The notes below the pieces were generated by a model. That model did no database searches. It worked only from the letters and a program-made list of their open reading frames with translations, and had not been told where the DNA came from. Positions 45,139 to 53,989 of a stretch of 59,504 bases of DNA are shown one piece after another. The translations under genes were made by a program, and so were the position numbers. Source of the DNA: an uncultured Muribaculaceae bacterium (GTDB lineage Bacteria > Bacillota_I > Bacilli_A > RF39 > UBA660); NCBI GenBank assembly GCA_964630225.1, contig CAZVUK010000002.1, forward strand, positions 1-59,504. Reading direction: 5' to 3'. Every line of letters starts with the position of its first letter. Position 1 is the stretch's first letter.

Positions 45139-45891
45139 AAAATACCAATAATTTTTATAATTATTCTAGGTTTAATCTTAATAGGAGTAGGAGTCTTCTT
45201 TCTAAAAGATTCCAAAATTACTAAACCTAATACAAAAACAGAAAGTCAGAAGGTCGAAGCAGCTTTAAAACTATTGATCGATGATCTATTAACTAAAGAT
45301 GCTTCACCCGAAGCTTTCAATACTAAATACAATGTCGATTATTTCAGCGACGCATATTTACCGTTTGCTGAGAAAACAATTGTTACTTATAAAGCAAAAA
45401 TTTCCTCACCAGATACTGAACAACAGGCATGTCTAGCTTTTGTTGATGTCAACTACAATGATTTAATCAAAGCCTACAAAAAGGCCTTAGATTACAAAGT
45501 ATCGATTGATGAAACAAAGAAAGAAGCATCCTTAACGATCAAAGTCTATCAACTTCGTCATTATCACAATGTTTTAACCAAAGTTAGCGATTTAATAATG
45601 GCAGATATTGAAGATAAGTCGGCTCTTGGTGAAGAAGTGTTTTTCGCTAATAGGTGTCTAGCTTTAAAAGCAATGAATAAAAACACGGATGAGTTTAACA
45701 AAGGTGAGAACTTAAACGTCAAAGTAAATTATAAATTTGATGGTGATAAATTTATCCTTGAAGATTATAGTTTATTAGGAAACGCTCTTTCAGGAATGAC
45801 TTATATTATGCAACTTGGAGGAAACGATGAGATTGAAGCAGTTATGAAACCGTTGGCAGAAAAGATTTACAAAGATGTTCAAAAAAATTGA
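45127..45891 (+). CDS. Bitopic membrane protein, accessory family 1 (copy a)
   Basis: TAATG overlap with giant gene A. MKNKKIPIIFIIILGLILIGVGVFF TM, then a soluble domain of about 225 aa. Paralog of 45875-46651 (shared ...DYK(V/I)(S/D)ID..., ...RC(L/Q)A(L/I)KAM(N/D)K...). Confidence 0.7.
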   Translation: MKNKKIPIIFIIILGLILIGVGVFFLKDSKITKPNTKTESQKVEAALKLLIDDLLTKDASPEAFNTKYNVDYFSDAYLPFAEKTIVTYKAKISSPDTEQQACLAFVDVNYNDLIKAYKKALDYKVSIDETKKEASLTIKVYQLRHYHNVLTKVSDLIMADIEDKSALGEEVFFANRCLALKAMNKNTDEFNKGENLNVKVNYKFDGDKFILEDYSLLGNALSGMTYIMQLGGNDEIEAVMKPLAEKIYKDVQKN

Positions 45892-46651
45892 TAAACAAAA
45901 AGTATTAATTATTCTTATTGCTATTATATTAGTCATAGGGATATTAGAATTCAGTAAAAGCTTTAAGTCTAAAACAACTAATTCATACGACAAAAACTTA
46001 ATTAAAGATGAAGTTATCAATCTAATAAAAGATATGACTGCTAAAGATGTAGTAATCGAAGACTTTAAATTAAAGTATAATTATTATGAATTCTCAAATG
46101 AATTTAATAGCGATAGTTTTCCTTTTAGTAACAAAAACATCTTAGCTTATATACCAGAATCAGCTATCGCTAATTCGAAAACTAGAGAGTGCATCGAAAT
46201 AGCCCACAACAGTTATCAAAAGATATATGATATGTATATTGATAATCTTGATTACAAAATCGATATCGATAGTGATAATAATTTAATAGATATCAAACTA
46301 AAAAATTTTTATCTGATTAGATATCACTATATTTTGACTCTTGTTACTGATATGTACAAGGGAGAAAGCAACGTCAAATTAAATGAAAATGAATTCTTTG
46401 GATATCGCTGTCAAGCAATAAAAGCTATGGACAAAGAACTTGATAACTTTAAAAATAAAGCTACTTACGTCAGAGTAAAATTAAAGTTTGAACTCGATGA
46501 TGAAAGAATTAAAATAGCTAATACTGATACATTAGGTTATTATCTTACAGCTAGAAACTACATAGATACTTCTAATGACACATCGATGGCTAAAGGAACT
46601 GAAAAAATCAAAGAAGAAGCTAAACGCTACTTTGAAAAAGCTCAAAAATAA
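45875..46651 (+). CDS. Bitopic membrane protein, accessory family 1 (copy b)
   Basis: Overlaps the previous gene by 17 nt. MFKKIDKQKVLIILIAIILVIGILEF TM. Same length (258 aa) and colinear similarity to copy a. Confidence 0.7.
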   Translation: MFKKIDKQKVLIILIAIILVIGILEFSKSFKSKTTNSYDKNLIKDEVINLIKDMTAKDVVIEDFKLKYNYYEFSNEFNSDSFPFSNKNILAYIPESAIANSKTRECIEIAHNSYQKIYDMYIDNLDYKIDIDSDNNLIDIKLKNFYLIRYHYILTLVTDMYKGESNVKLNENEFFGYRCQAIKAMDKELDNFKNKATYVRVKLKFELDDERIKIANTDTLGYYLTARNYIDTSNDTSMAKGTEKIKEEAKRYFEKAQK

Positions 46652-46696
46652 ACTTTAATTTGATTTGTATATGTTATAATATTCATAGGAGGATAT

Positions 46697-47407
46697 ATGA
46701 AAAATAAAAAGATTCAAGTATTGATTTATATTTTATTGATCGTAGTTGCAATAATTATTTTAGTTTTTGCTTTACCTAAGCTGTTCAGTAATAAGAAAGC
46801 TGACAAAGCAGGCGAAAAACCAGCAGAACAAAAATATAAAATAGTAAAACAATCTAAATCAGATAAAATAATTTATGATTATAAGAAATTTAAAACAGAG
46901 TTTATCAAAGTTGGTTTTGAAGAGACGAGTTGTAATGATGATGTAATAAGCGGTTTAGATCCACTTATATGTCATGCAAAGCGTAATGTTTTTGCCGAAA
47001 AAGAAATAGATGACATCCTATCATTAACCTTTAATGGGGAAGTGGTAGAAACTATGAGTGTCAATTTAAAATACGATGGCGATGACTTTAAAACTAAAAC
47101 ATTAGTCAAAGATGCTAATAACATCGTAAATAACTTAATTGATTATAAAGTTGATGATGCTATCATCAAAGATTTACTTGAAAAAATAACTAAGACCCCT
47201 ACTGAGCTTGGTGTATCAACCCATAAAGACAGTAAAGATTATAGAGTATTTTATAATATGAAATTTGTCGAAGGAAATGAAATAAATCCAAGATACTTCG
47301 ACCTAAGTATAATCTTTTATCAAAAGTCGACGATAATTGACTTAGAAACACCTGTTACTGAAGCAGAAAAAGAAACGGAATCAAGTAAATCAATTATGGA
47401 GAGATAG
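46697..47407 (+). CDS. Bitopic membrane protein, accessory family 2 (copy a)
   Basis: SD taggagga. TM VLIYILLIVVAIIILVFAL. Paralog of 51427-52029 (YDYKKFKTEFIKVGFEETSCNDDVISGL vs YPYNKFKTELIKIGFVQAKCNDDKVSGM). Confidence 0.7.
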   Translation: MKNKKIQVLIYILLIVVAIIILVFALPKLFSNKKADKAGEKPAEQKYKIVKQSKSDKIIYDYKKFKTEFIKVGFEETSCNDDVISGLDPLICHAKRNVFAEKEIDDILSLTFNGEVVETMSVNLKYDGDDFKTKTLVKDANNIVNNLIDYKVDDAIIKDLLEKITKTPTELGVSTHKDSKDYRVFYNMKFVEGNEINPRYFDLSIIFYQKSTIIDLETPVTEAEKETESSKSIMER

Positions 47408-47431
47408 AAAAAGTGCTATTGCACTTTTTTT
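47408..47431 (+). terminator. Rho-independent terminator between the two giant-gene units
   Basis: Stem aaagtgc / gcacttt with loop tatt, followed by a T-run. Confidence 0.7.
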
Positions 47432-47441
47432 GTTGATTTCA

Positions 47442-47470
47442 ATTTACTTTTCAAATACTTATGATATAAT
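47442..47470 (+). promoter_or_regulatory. Candidate promoter of giant gene B (extended -10 TGaTATAAT)
   Basis: tgatataat at 47462-47470, with tttact about 16 nt upstream. A similar acttatgataat box precedes giant gene A (about 41143-41156). Confidence 0.4.
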
Positions 47471-47497
47471 TTATTTAATAATATAATAGGTAAGAGT

Positions 47498-50400
47498 ATG
47501 AAAAAGATTAATAATAATGTCAAGGGCTTCACACTTATAGAAATAATATCGACAGTTATCATTTTGTCGATAATTTTATTGATAGCAATACCAACTTTTA
47601 GTAGAATTTTGGCAGGATTTAGAAAAGATTACTACAGTAAATTACAAGATACTGTTCAAAAAGTAGGTAAAGACTATATAAATGATAATAGGCGTCTTAG
47701 ACCAGTTGGAGTATTTCAGACAAGGATTATTAAAGTACCTGTTTTAGTTCAGGCTAAAAAGATGGATGCTCTAATTGATTACAAAAAGAAACCTTGTTCA
47801 ACGGATAGTTATATAGTTGCAGTTAAAACAGCTGATAAAAAATTTGAATATACGAGCTGTTTAACTTGTTCGGAAGATCAGTATCAAACCGATGTAAATG
47901 ATTATAAATATTGTCATCCTGCGTGGCTTACTAACGATAATATATTTGTTGAAATGTCGCCACCTCCGGCAGATATATACATACCACTTAATGCAAGTAT
48001 CGATTACATAAAAAGTAAATTAGGTATTACTAAAAGTATCGTTAAAAAAGATAGTACAGGTAAAATAATAGCTTCATTACCGGTTGATGATAAAGATATT
48101 ATCTATCCTAATAATATAAATTCATTTATTGGGACAACTGCTCAAGATGGAGTAGCTTTCTATCAGTATGGAAGTCAAACCATTCAAACCAATGTTCATA
48201 TTTATCAAAACTCAGCACCTAAGTTAAGTTTTGTTAATGTTAAGAATGGAACTGATTATGTACCGGGTACTTGGTCTTCGGCAGTTAGACTTACGATCGA
48301 AGCAAATGACCAGTATTTTGGAATATTAAATCTAACTATTAAAGAATATCAATATATGGACGAAAGTGGCGTATGGAAAAAGATTGATAATTGTACGGCC
48401 GGTTTAAAGTCTTGTACTTTCACATATAATGAAACAATGAATTCATCGATGAAGTTTAGAATTATCAATAACGGAGATGCAGCTAGTAAAGAGACGTCTT
48501 TCTATAGTGTCAGAGTTGATGCTTCGACTCCAAACTGTTATATGAGCATGCTCGATGCAAGTGGTGCTGCCTACAGTGGTAATTACATCAACACTTCATC
48601 AATAAGAGTTAATTATAAAGCCGATGATCCGCAGTATGCAGGTTTACCTGCTAGTAGCATTCAAAATGTTGAACTATATATAAATGGAGTACTTACTGAT
48701 ACACATAATCTAAATGGAACAAACGTCTATACATGGACGACAATTAAAACCATTACTAATGAAGGATCCTACAGCGCGATGCTAAAGTGTTACGATACCG
48801 TAGGAAACTTTAGTACGGCAAATGGAACAATTAATATTTTAAGAGATATCGATGTTCAGTTCTATTCACCATCTTCAACGACGCTATTCCAAACACTTTC
48901 ATATCAATATAACAAAGCCATGGCAAGTCTTCCAACTCCAAGTAGAACGGGATATACTTTTAATGGCTGGTTTGATACTCCGGCATCAGCGGGAACGCAG
49001 TATCTTGCTACAACCGTTTTGGATACGACAATAGAACCACTTAAGTTGTTCTCGAGATGGACAGCTAATATCTACAATATATCTTATGTATATAATGGAG
49101 GAACAACTGTCTCTAACCCAAGTAGCTATGTTTTTGCTACCGGTGTTGCTGGTTTTGCAAGCCCAAGTAGAACCGGATACATATTCGGTGGATGGTATAA
49201 AGAAGCATCACTAGTTACGAGAGTTACTAGCATATCGACAACTGATTATGGAAACTATACACTCTATGCCAAGTGGACCCCAATTACTTATACGATGACT
49301 TATAATGCTAATGGTGGTGCAGGTACGATGGCAAGTACCGTCTGTACTTATGATACAGTTTGTACTTTGAGAACTAATACTTTCACCAAAACGGGAACGA
49401 GCTTTATCGGCTGGGCAAACAGCACTACAGGAGCGGTTGTCTATGCCAATGGTGATACCATTAACAACTTGACGACAACTAACGGAGCAAGTTTTACCCT
49501 CTATGCAAAATGGCAAAATAATACTTACGGAATAACATACAGTTTAGGCGGAGGAACTCATAGTGGAAATCCGACCTTCTATACATATGGAACAGGAACA
49601 GCTAGTTTTGCCAATGCGAGCAGAACCGGATATATATTCGGTGGATGGTATAGCGACTCAGCACTAACTGTTAGAGTGACAAGTATTTCTACGACCGCAA
49701 CAGGCGATATTACCCTCTATGCAAAATGGACCGCTATTACTTACACTATAGCTTATGCTGCAAATGGTGGAAGTGGCGCAATGTCCAATACAACTTGTAC
49801 TTATGGTGTAGGCTGTGTGCTAAGATCTAACGCCTTTACGCAAACTGGATATCGTTTTACCCTATGGTCATACGGCGGAAGTAATTACAATGACGGAGCA
49901 ACCGTAACTAATTTAACAACAACTAATGGAGCTGTTTTAACATTTACAGCTAACTGGGTTCAACGTGTAAATTATATATATCTTCTTCATGGATTTAGTG
50001 GAGGAACCTCCAATCTCTATGGCTTTGGAACCCAATCTATAAATATGAATGCCAATGCACCATATTATTTGGATACAGCGGGTTATGTCGATGCCACAGC
50101 TCAAGCCAATGGGTATAGCTTAGCTACTTATGTATATCCTGCAGCAGGGTGGACTTGGAGTACAAGAACGCTAATTTCTGGTCTGGCGCCAAATAAATAT
50201 AATGGTGTATACTTCACTGCTCCAGAGACACAAGAATATAGAGTAACATCATATATGTTTCCAAATGGAGGAACACGTCTTGGGACTGTAACTTGGTCGG
50301 GAAGCACTCTTTACCAAGATCAAACCTTCCAACAAGGAAGCATTTGGAAGACGGTCGATACCGGAACTAATATTACAGTCCCGGCTGTCGCGGCGGCTAG

Positions 50401-51427
50401 GACGGGTTATAGCTTCACTGGCTGGCTCGGGGAGAATGGAACAATTTACAATGCTAGCAATGTTGTAGGAATGACCGCAGCTTTAGCGGGAACAGACTTA
50501 AACTTTGTCTTTAGAGCACAATGGCTGGGTAATCCTTACACCGTTAGTTTTAATGCTAACGGCGGAACCGGAACAATGGCAGCTCTTAACTGCCGTATTG
50601 GTCAAACCTGTACTCTTCCTGCCGAAGCTTACACTAACAACTGTTATAAATTTGATGGTTGGGCAACAAGTGCCGCTGGTGCTGTTGTTTATAGTGATAG
50701 AGCGACCGTCGCTCTTACCGCAAATGTAACCCTTTATGCGAAATGGAGTGCCAACTATGTTAACAACACAACTACTTGTGCTGCTTGTAGCGTATCCTGT
50801 GGCGGCGGAACACAAACTTGTACCGTCACGAAAAAAGATACGGCAACCGGTGTTGCCTGCCCAGCAAGTTTAAATACCAGTTACTCTCAAGCTTGTAATA
50901 CACAATCGTGCTGTTCGTCAGTAACGACAAGTTATGGTGCATGGGGTGCTTGTAGTGCATCTTGTGGTGGCGGAACGCAAACAAGATCAGTAACGACAAA
51001 AAGTACATATAATGGAGCAACCTGCAGTACTTCGACGCAAAGTCAGGCATGTAACACCCAAACTTGTCTTGTCGAACCTAACGCAACAATATATGCCCAA
51101 CAGTTAACGACATGTGTAAACGGTGTTTACTTTTACACAACACAGGCGCAAAACCCATCGAGATGGATAACAACAGAAATGACAGTACACTGGGTTATAA
51201 GTGGTGCCGTGGTTGCAACCTATTACGGTGATTTAGCAGGAACGAATCCGGGAGGTTTTGGTCCATGGTATGCTTATAATTTTGGAGCACCACCACCTGC
51301 TCCAGCAACGACTAGTGGCTACTATGTAACTAGACATACGGAACTATACTTTAGGTTAAAAGGTAAAATAGCAACGACTGGAGCGGCAATTATTAACCAG
51401 TCAGGATATGGAGGATGTTCAGTATAA
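47498..51427 (+). CDS. Giant (1,309 aa) type IV pilin-like modular surface protein B (paralog of A)
   Basis: N-terminus MKKINNNVKG|FTLIEIISTVIILSIILLIAIP. Same domain order as A. The first ~820 aa are diverged from A (roughly half to two-thirds identical by eye). The last ~490 aa are identical. Confidence 0.85.
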   Translation: MKKINNNVKGFTLIEIISTVIILSIILLIAIPTFSRILAGFRKDYYSKLQDTVQKVGKDYINDNRRLRPVGVFQTRIIKVPVLVQAKKMDALIDYKKKPCSTDSYIVAVKTADKKFEYTSCLTCSEDQYQTDVNDYKYCHPAWLTNDNIFVEMSPPPADIYIPLNASIDYIKSKLGITKSIVKKDSTGKIIASLPVDDKDIIYPNNINSFIGTTAQDGVAFYQYGSQTIQTNVHIYQNSAPKLSFVNVKNGTDYVPGTWSSAVRLTIEANDQYFGILNLTIKEYQYMDESGVWKKIDNCTAGLKSCTFTYNETMNSSMKFRIINNGDAASKETSFYSVRVDASTPNCYMSMLDASGAAYSGNYINTSSIRVNYKADDPQYAGLPASSIQNVELYINGVLTDTHNLNGTNVYTWTTIKTITNEGSYSAMLKCYDTVGNFSTANGTINILRDIDVQFYSPSSTTLFQTLSYQYNKAMASLPTPSRTGYTFNGWFDTPASAGTQYLATTVLDTTIEPLKLFSRWTANIYNISYVYNGGTTVSNPSSYVFATGVAGFASPSRTGYIFGGWYKEASLVTRVTSISTTDYGNYTLYAKWTPITYTMTYNANGGAGTMASTVCTYDTVCTLRTNTFTKTGTSFIGWANSTTGAVVYANGDTINNLTTTNGASFTLYAKWQNNTYGITYSLGGGTHSGNPTFYTYGTGTASFANASRTGYIFGGWYSDSALTVRVTSISTTATGDITLYAKWTAITYTIAYAANGGSGAMSNTTCTYGVGCVLRSNAFTQTGYRFTLWSYGGSNYNDGATVTNLTTTNGAVLTFTANWVQRVNYIYLLHGFSGGTSNLYGFGTQSINMNANAPYYLDTAGYVDATAQANGYSLATYVYPAAGWTWSTRTLISGLAPNKYNGVYFTAPETQEYRVTSYMFPNGGTRLGTVTWSGSTLYQDQTFQQGSIWKTVDTGTNITVPAVAAARTGYSFTGWLGENGTIYNASNVVGMTAALAGTDLNFVFRAQWLGNPYTVSFNANGGTGTMAALNCRIGQTCTLPAEAYTNNCYKFDGWATSAAGAVVYSDRATVALTANVTLYAKWSANYVNNTTTCAACSVSCGGGTQTCTVTKKDTATGVACPASLNTSYSQACNTQSCCSSVTTSYGAWGACSASCGGGTQTRSVTTKSTYNGATCSTSTQSQACNTQTCLVEPNATIYAQQLTTCVNGVYFYTTQAQNPSRWITTEMTVHWVISGAVVATYYGDLAGTNPGGFGPWYAYNFGAPPPAPATTSGYYVTRHTELYFRLKGKIATTGAAIINQSGYGGCSV

Positions 51428-51438
51428 TGAAAAACAAA
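49949..51438 (+). repeat. Copy 2 of the 1,490-bp perfect direct repeat
   Basis: See copy 1. The identical antisense ORFs in the track (44198-44515 = 50498-50815; 44526-44750 = 50826-51050) corroborate it. Confidence 0.9.
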
Positions 51439-52029
51439 TATTATTTATTAATAAGCATAATAGTTATCGCGTTAATTACTGGAATCGTAATACTCTTAAT
51501 TAGGATTCCAATCAATAAAGAGGGAACATATAAAACGCTTAAACAAAGTCAGGAAACTAAAACGATAATTTATCCCTATAATAAGTTTAAAACAGAACTG
51601 ATCAAGATCGGTTTTGTGCAAGCTAAATGTAATGACGACAAAGTAAGTGGTATGGAAAACATTGTCTGTGCCGCTACCAAAGATAACAATGTACTTCAAA
51701 ATGTCGATTCGCTTAACTTCACTTATAATGGCGATGTTATAGAAACTTTAATTCTAAAACTAAATTATGAATCATTTGATTCTAAAACAGTAAAAAGAGA
51801 CATAAAAGCAATTATTAATAATTTCATCGTCTTAAATTTAGAAGAAAAAACAGTCGCTCAGCTAAAAGAAAAATTAGATCGTAAGAACACTGTTCATGGT
51901 TCAACAACATCCTTAGTTGTCGGAGATTATTACACTCATTATAATCTCAAAGAACATGAAAGTGAAAATGATAATTATTATAGCGTTTCAGTAACAATGT
52001 ATTTAAAAGCAACTCCAACTGTAGAATAA
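51427..52029 (+). CDS. Bitopic membrane protein, accessory family 2 (copy b)
   Basis: TAATG overlap with giant gene B. TM YYLLISIIVIALITGIVILLI. Paralog of 46697-47407. Confidence 0.7.
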   Translation: MKNKYYLLISIIVIALITGIVILLIRIPINKEGTYKTLKQSQETKTIIYPYNKFKTELIKIGFVQAKCNDDKVSGMENIVCAATKDNNVLQNVDSLNFTYNGDVIETLILKLNYESFDSKTVKRDIKAIINNFIVLNLEEKTVAQLKEKLDRKNTVHGSTTSLVVGDYYTHYNLKEHESENDNYYSVSVTMYLKATPTVE

Positions 52030-52049
52030 AAGGCAAGTAATTGCCTTTT
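52029..52049 (+). terminator. Rho-independent terminator ending the giant-gene locus
   Basis: 8-bp stem aaaggcaa / ttgccttt with loop gtaa, followed by a short T-run. Confidence 0.65.
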
Positions 52050-52063
52050 CTCTTTGTCAAACA

Positions 52064-52092
52064 TTGACTTTTTCCTTCATTTATAGTATAAT
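52064..52092 (+). promoter_or_regulatory. Near-consensus sigma-A promoter
   Basis: TTGACT (52064-52069), a 17-nt spacer, then TATAAT (52087-52092). Followed by ggagg and ATG 52114. Confidence 0.6.
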
Positions 52093-52113
52093 ACGCCTTG
52101 ATTTGGAGGCCCT

Positions 52114-52569
52114 ATGTTAAGAAATATTAAAATATATTCCCAAATAGTCTTAAAATCTAACTTCAATCTTCGTATCTATAAAATTTCGCTAGTTCATTTA
52201 GGTGATAAAAAATATACTAAAGGAAGATTAATTCCGCTTAGAACGATCAGTAAAAACGCTAGACCAGTATTAGTTAAAAAGTTATCATTTGAAAACAAAG
52301 AATTGGATAAATTCAAGAGAATAGATAAATATAATGACTGCTTTGTCTTTGTTAAAAACGAAAAAAAGGGGCAAAGTACCTTAGGTATTGATATTGTTAA
52401 AAAAAGCAATCATAGTCTTGATCTAAGTGATTCTTTAATTAAAAGAAATGCAAGACAAGAGTTGATCCATATGAATTTTGATGATAGGAAATCGATCACC
52501 AGTAAAAATATAATGCTTGTAAGTAGCAAGTTCAAATATGAGTTTATGAATAATTATACTAGTTTTTAA
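52114..52569 (+). CDS. Hypothetical basic protein (151 aa)
   Basis: Has its own strong promoter and SD. K/R-rich, no TM, no recognisable motif. Confidence 0.5.
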   Translation: MLRNIKIYSQIVLKSNFNLRIYKISLVHLGDKKYTKGRLIPLRTISKNARPVLVKKLSFENKELDKFKRIDKYNDCFVFVKNEKKGQSTLGIDIVKKSNHSLDLSDSLIKRNARQELIHMNFDDRKSITSKNIMLVSSKFKYEFMNNYTSF

Positions 52570-52611
52570 TCATTAATTACTGTATAATTATTTTTGTTTG
52601 AGGAGGTAATT

Positions 52612-53988
52612 ATGGACGTAAAAGATCTATATTTAGAATATAAAAAATATCTTGATCAAGATATAAAGTTAGAAGGGTGGGTAAGGAACCATAGAAAGCA
52701 GAAAGAATTTGGTTTTATCGAGTTTTCTGATGGTACTTATTTTAAGACTGTTCAAATTATCTATGATGATAAATTAAAAGATTTTGATGAGATACAAAAA
52801 CTTAAAGTAGGATCGGCTATCGAAGTGATTGGAACTGTCGTATCTTCACCTAAAGAAGGGCAGGAATTTGAAGTATTAGTCAAAGAGCTAACGGTAGTTG
52901 GTGATTGTCCTGATGACTATCCTATTCAGCCAAAAAGACATACACGGGAGTTTTTAAGAGAGGTTGCCTATTTAAGGCCAAGGACTAATCTTTTTCAAGC
53001 AGTCTTTAGAATAAGAAGTATTGCCGCTCACGCTATTCATAGTTATTTTCAGGAAAGAGGATATGTCTATCTTCATTCGCCAATTATAACTGCTAACGAT
53101 GGTGAAGGAGCTGGAGAAATGTTCCAGGTAACAACTCTTAATTTAGATAAGTTAAAAGAGGTAAAAGAGATAGATTATTCACATGATTTCTTTGCTAAGA
53201 AAGTTGGTCTTACAGTAACAGGACAGTTAGAAGGAGAAACTTTTGCGTTAGCATTTAAAAAGATATATACCTTTGGTCCAACCTTTAGAGCGGAGAATTC
53301 TAATACTAAAACACATGCATCAGAGTTTTGGATGATAGAGCCAGAAATAGCCTTTTGTGATATTGAGGGCTTGATGGATATCGAAGAAGATATGCTTAAA
53401 TATATAATAAATTATTTATTTGACCATGCTAAAATTGAACTAGAGTTTTGCGATAAATTTGTCGAAGAAGGTTTGATCGATAAGCTAAAAGCGGTTGTTT
53501 CTAAAACAGCTAAGCGAATTACTCACGAAGAAGCAATTGATATATTAATTAATGCTAATCACAAATTTGATGTTCTTCCAAAACACGGTGAAGATCTAGC
53601 GACCGAGCATGAAAAATATCTGACCAAAGAACATTTTGATAGTCCGGTCTTTGTTTATAACTGGCCAAAAGATATCAAAGCTTTCTATATGCGCAGTAAT
53701 GATGATGGTAAGACGGTAGCAGCTGTCGATCTTTTAGTTCCAGGAGCAGGAGAGTTAATGGGTGGATCACAAAGAGAAGAACGGCTAGAAGTCCTCGAAA
53801 AGAGAATGGAAGATATGAATGTCCCTAAAGAAGGATTAGAATGGTATATTAAACTTAGAAAGTACGGTGGCTGTAAGCACTCAGGATTTGGAATGGGCTT
53901 TGAAAGACTATTAATTTATCTAACTGGTATTGAAAATATCAGAGACGTTATTCCATATCCTAGAACACCGAAGAATTGTGAATATTAA
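52612..53988 (+). CDS. asnS: Asparagine--tRNA ligase
   Basis: Class IIb aaRS: OB-fold N-terminus (GWVRNHRKQKEFGFIEFSDGT), motif 2 FRAENSNTKTHASEFWMIEPE, motif 3 GFGMGFERL. SD aggagg (52601-52606), ATG 52612. Confidence 0.92.
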   Translation: MDVKDLYLEYKKYLDQDIKLEGWVRNHRKQKEFGFIEFSDGTYFKTVQIIYDDKLKDFDEIQKLKVGSAIEVIGTVVSSPKEGQEFEVLVKELTVVGDCPDDYPIQPKRHTREFLREVAYLRPRTNLFQAVFRIRSIAAHAIHSYFQERGYVYLHSPIITANDGEGAGEMFQVTTLNLDKLKEVKEIDYSHDFFAKKVGLTVTGQLEGETFALAFKKIYTFGPTFRAENSNTKTHASEFWMIEPEIAFCDIEGLMDIEEDMLKYIINYLFDHAKIELEFCDKFVEEGLIDKLKAVVSKTAKRITHEEAIDILINANHKFDVLPKHGEDLATEHEKYLTKEHFDSPVFVYNWPKDIKAFYMRSNDDGKTVAAVDLLVPGAGELMGGSQREERLEVLEKRMEDMNVPKEGLEWYIKLRKYGGCKHSGFGMGFERLLIYLTGIENIRDVIPYPRTPKNCEY

Positions 53989-53989
53989 T

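Noticed and set aside
41186-52029. Giant-gene locus as a mobile or genomic island
   Set aside because: No integrase, transposase, phage or conjugation genes are present, and I could find no flanking direct repeats. The nearest tRNAs are 7 kb away. Only the codon and amino-acid composition (Gly/Thr/Ala-rich, visibly higher G+C) differs from the surroundings.
52030-52611. T-box leader upstream of asnS
   Set aside because: There is no T-box consensus (…GGTGGTACCGCG-like) and no specifier/antiterminator architecture. The region instead has a strong promoter, an SD and a 151-codon ORF.
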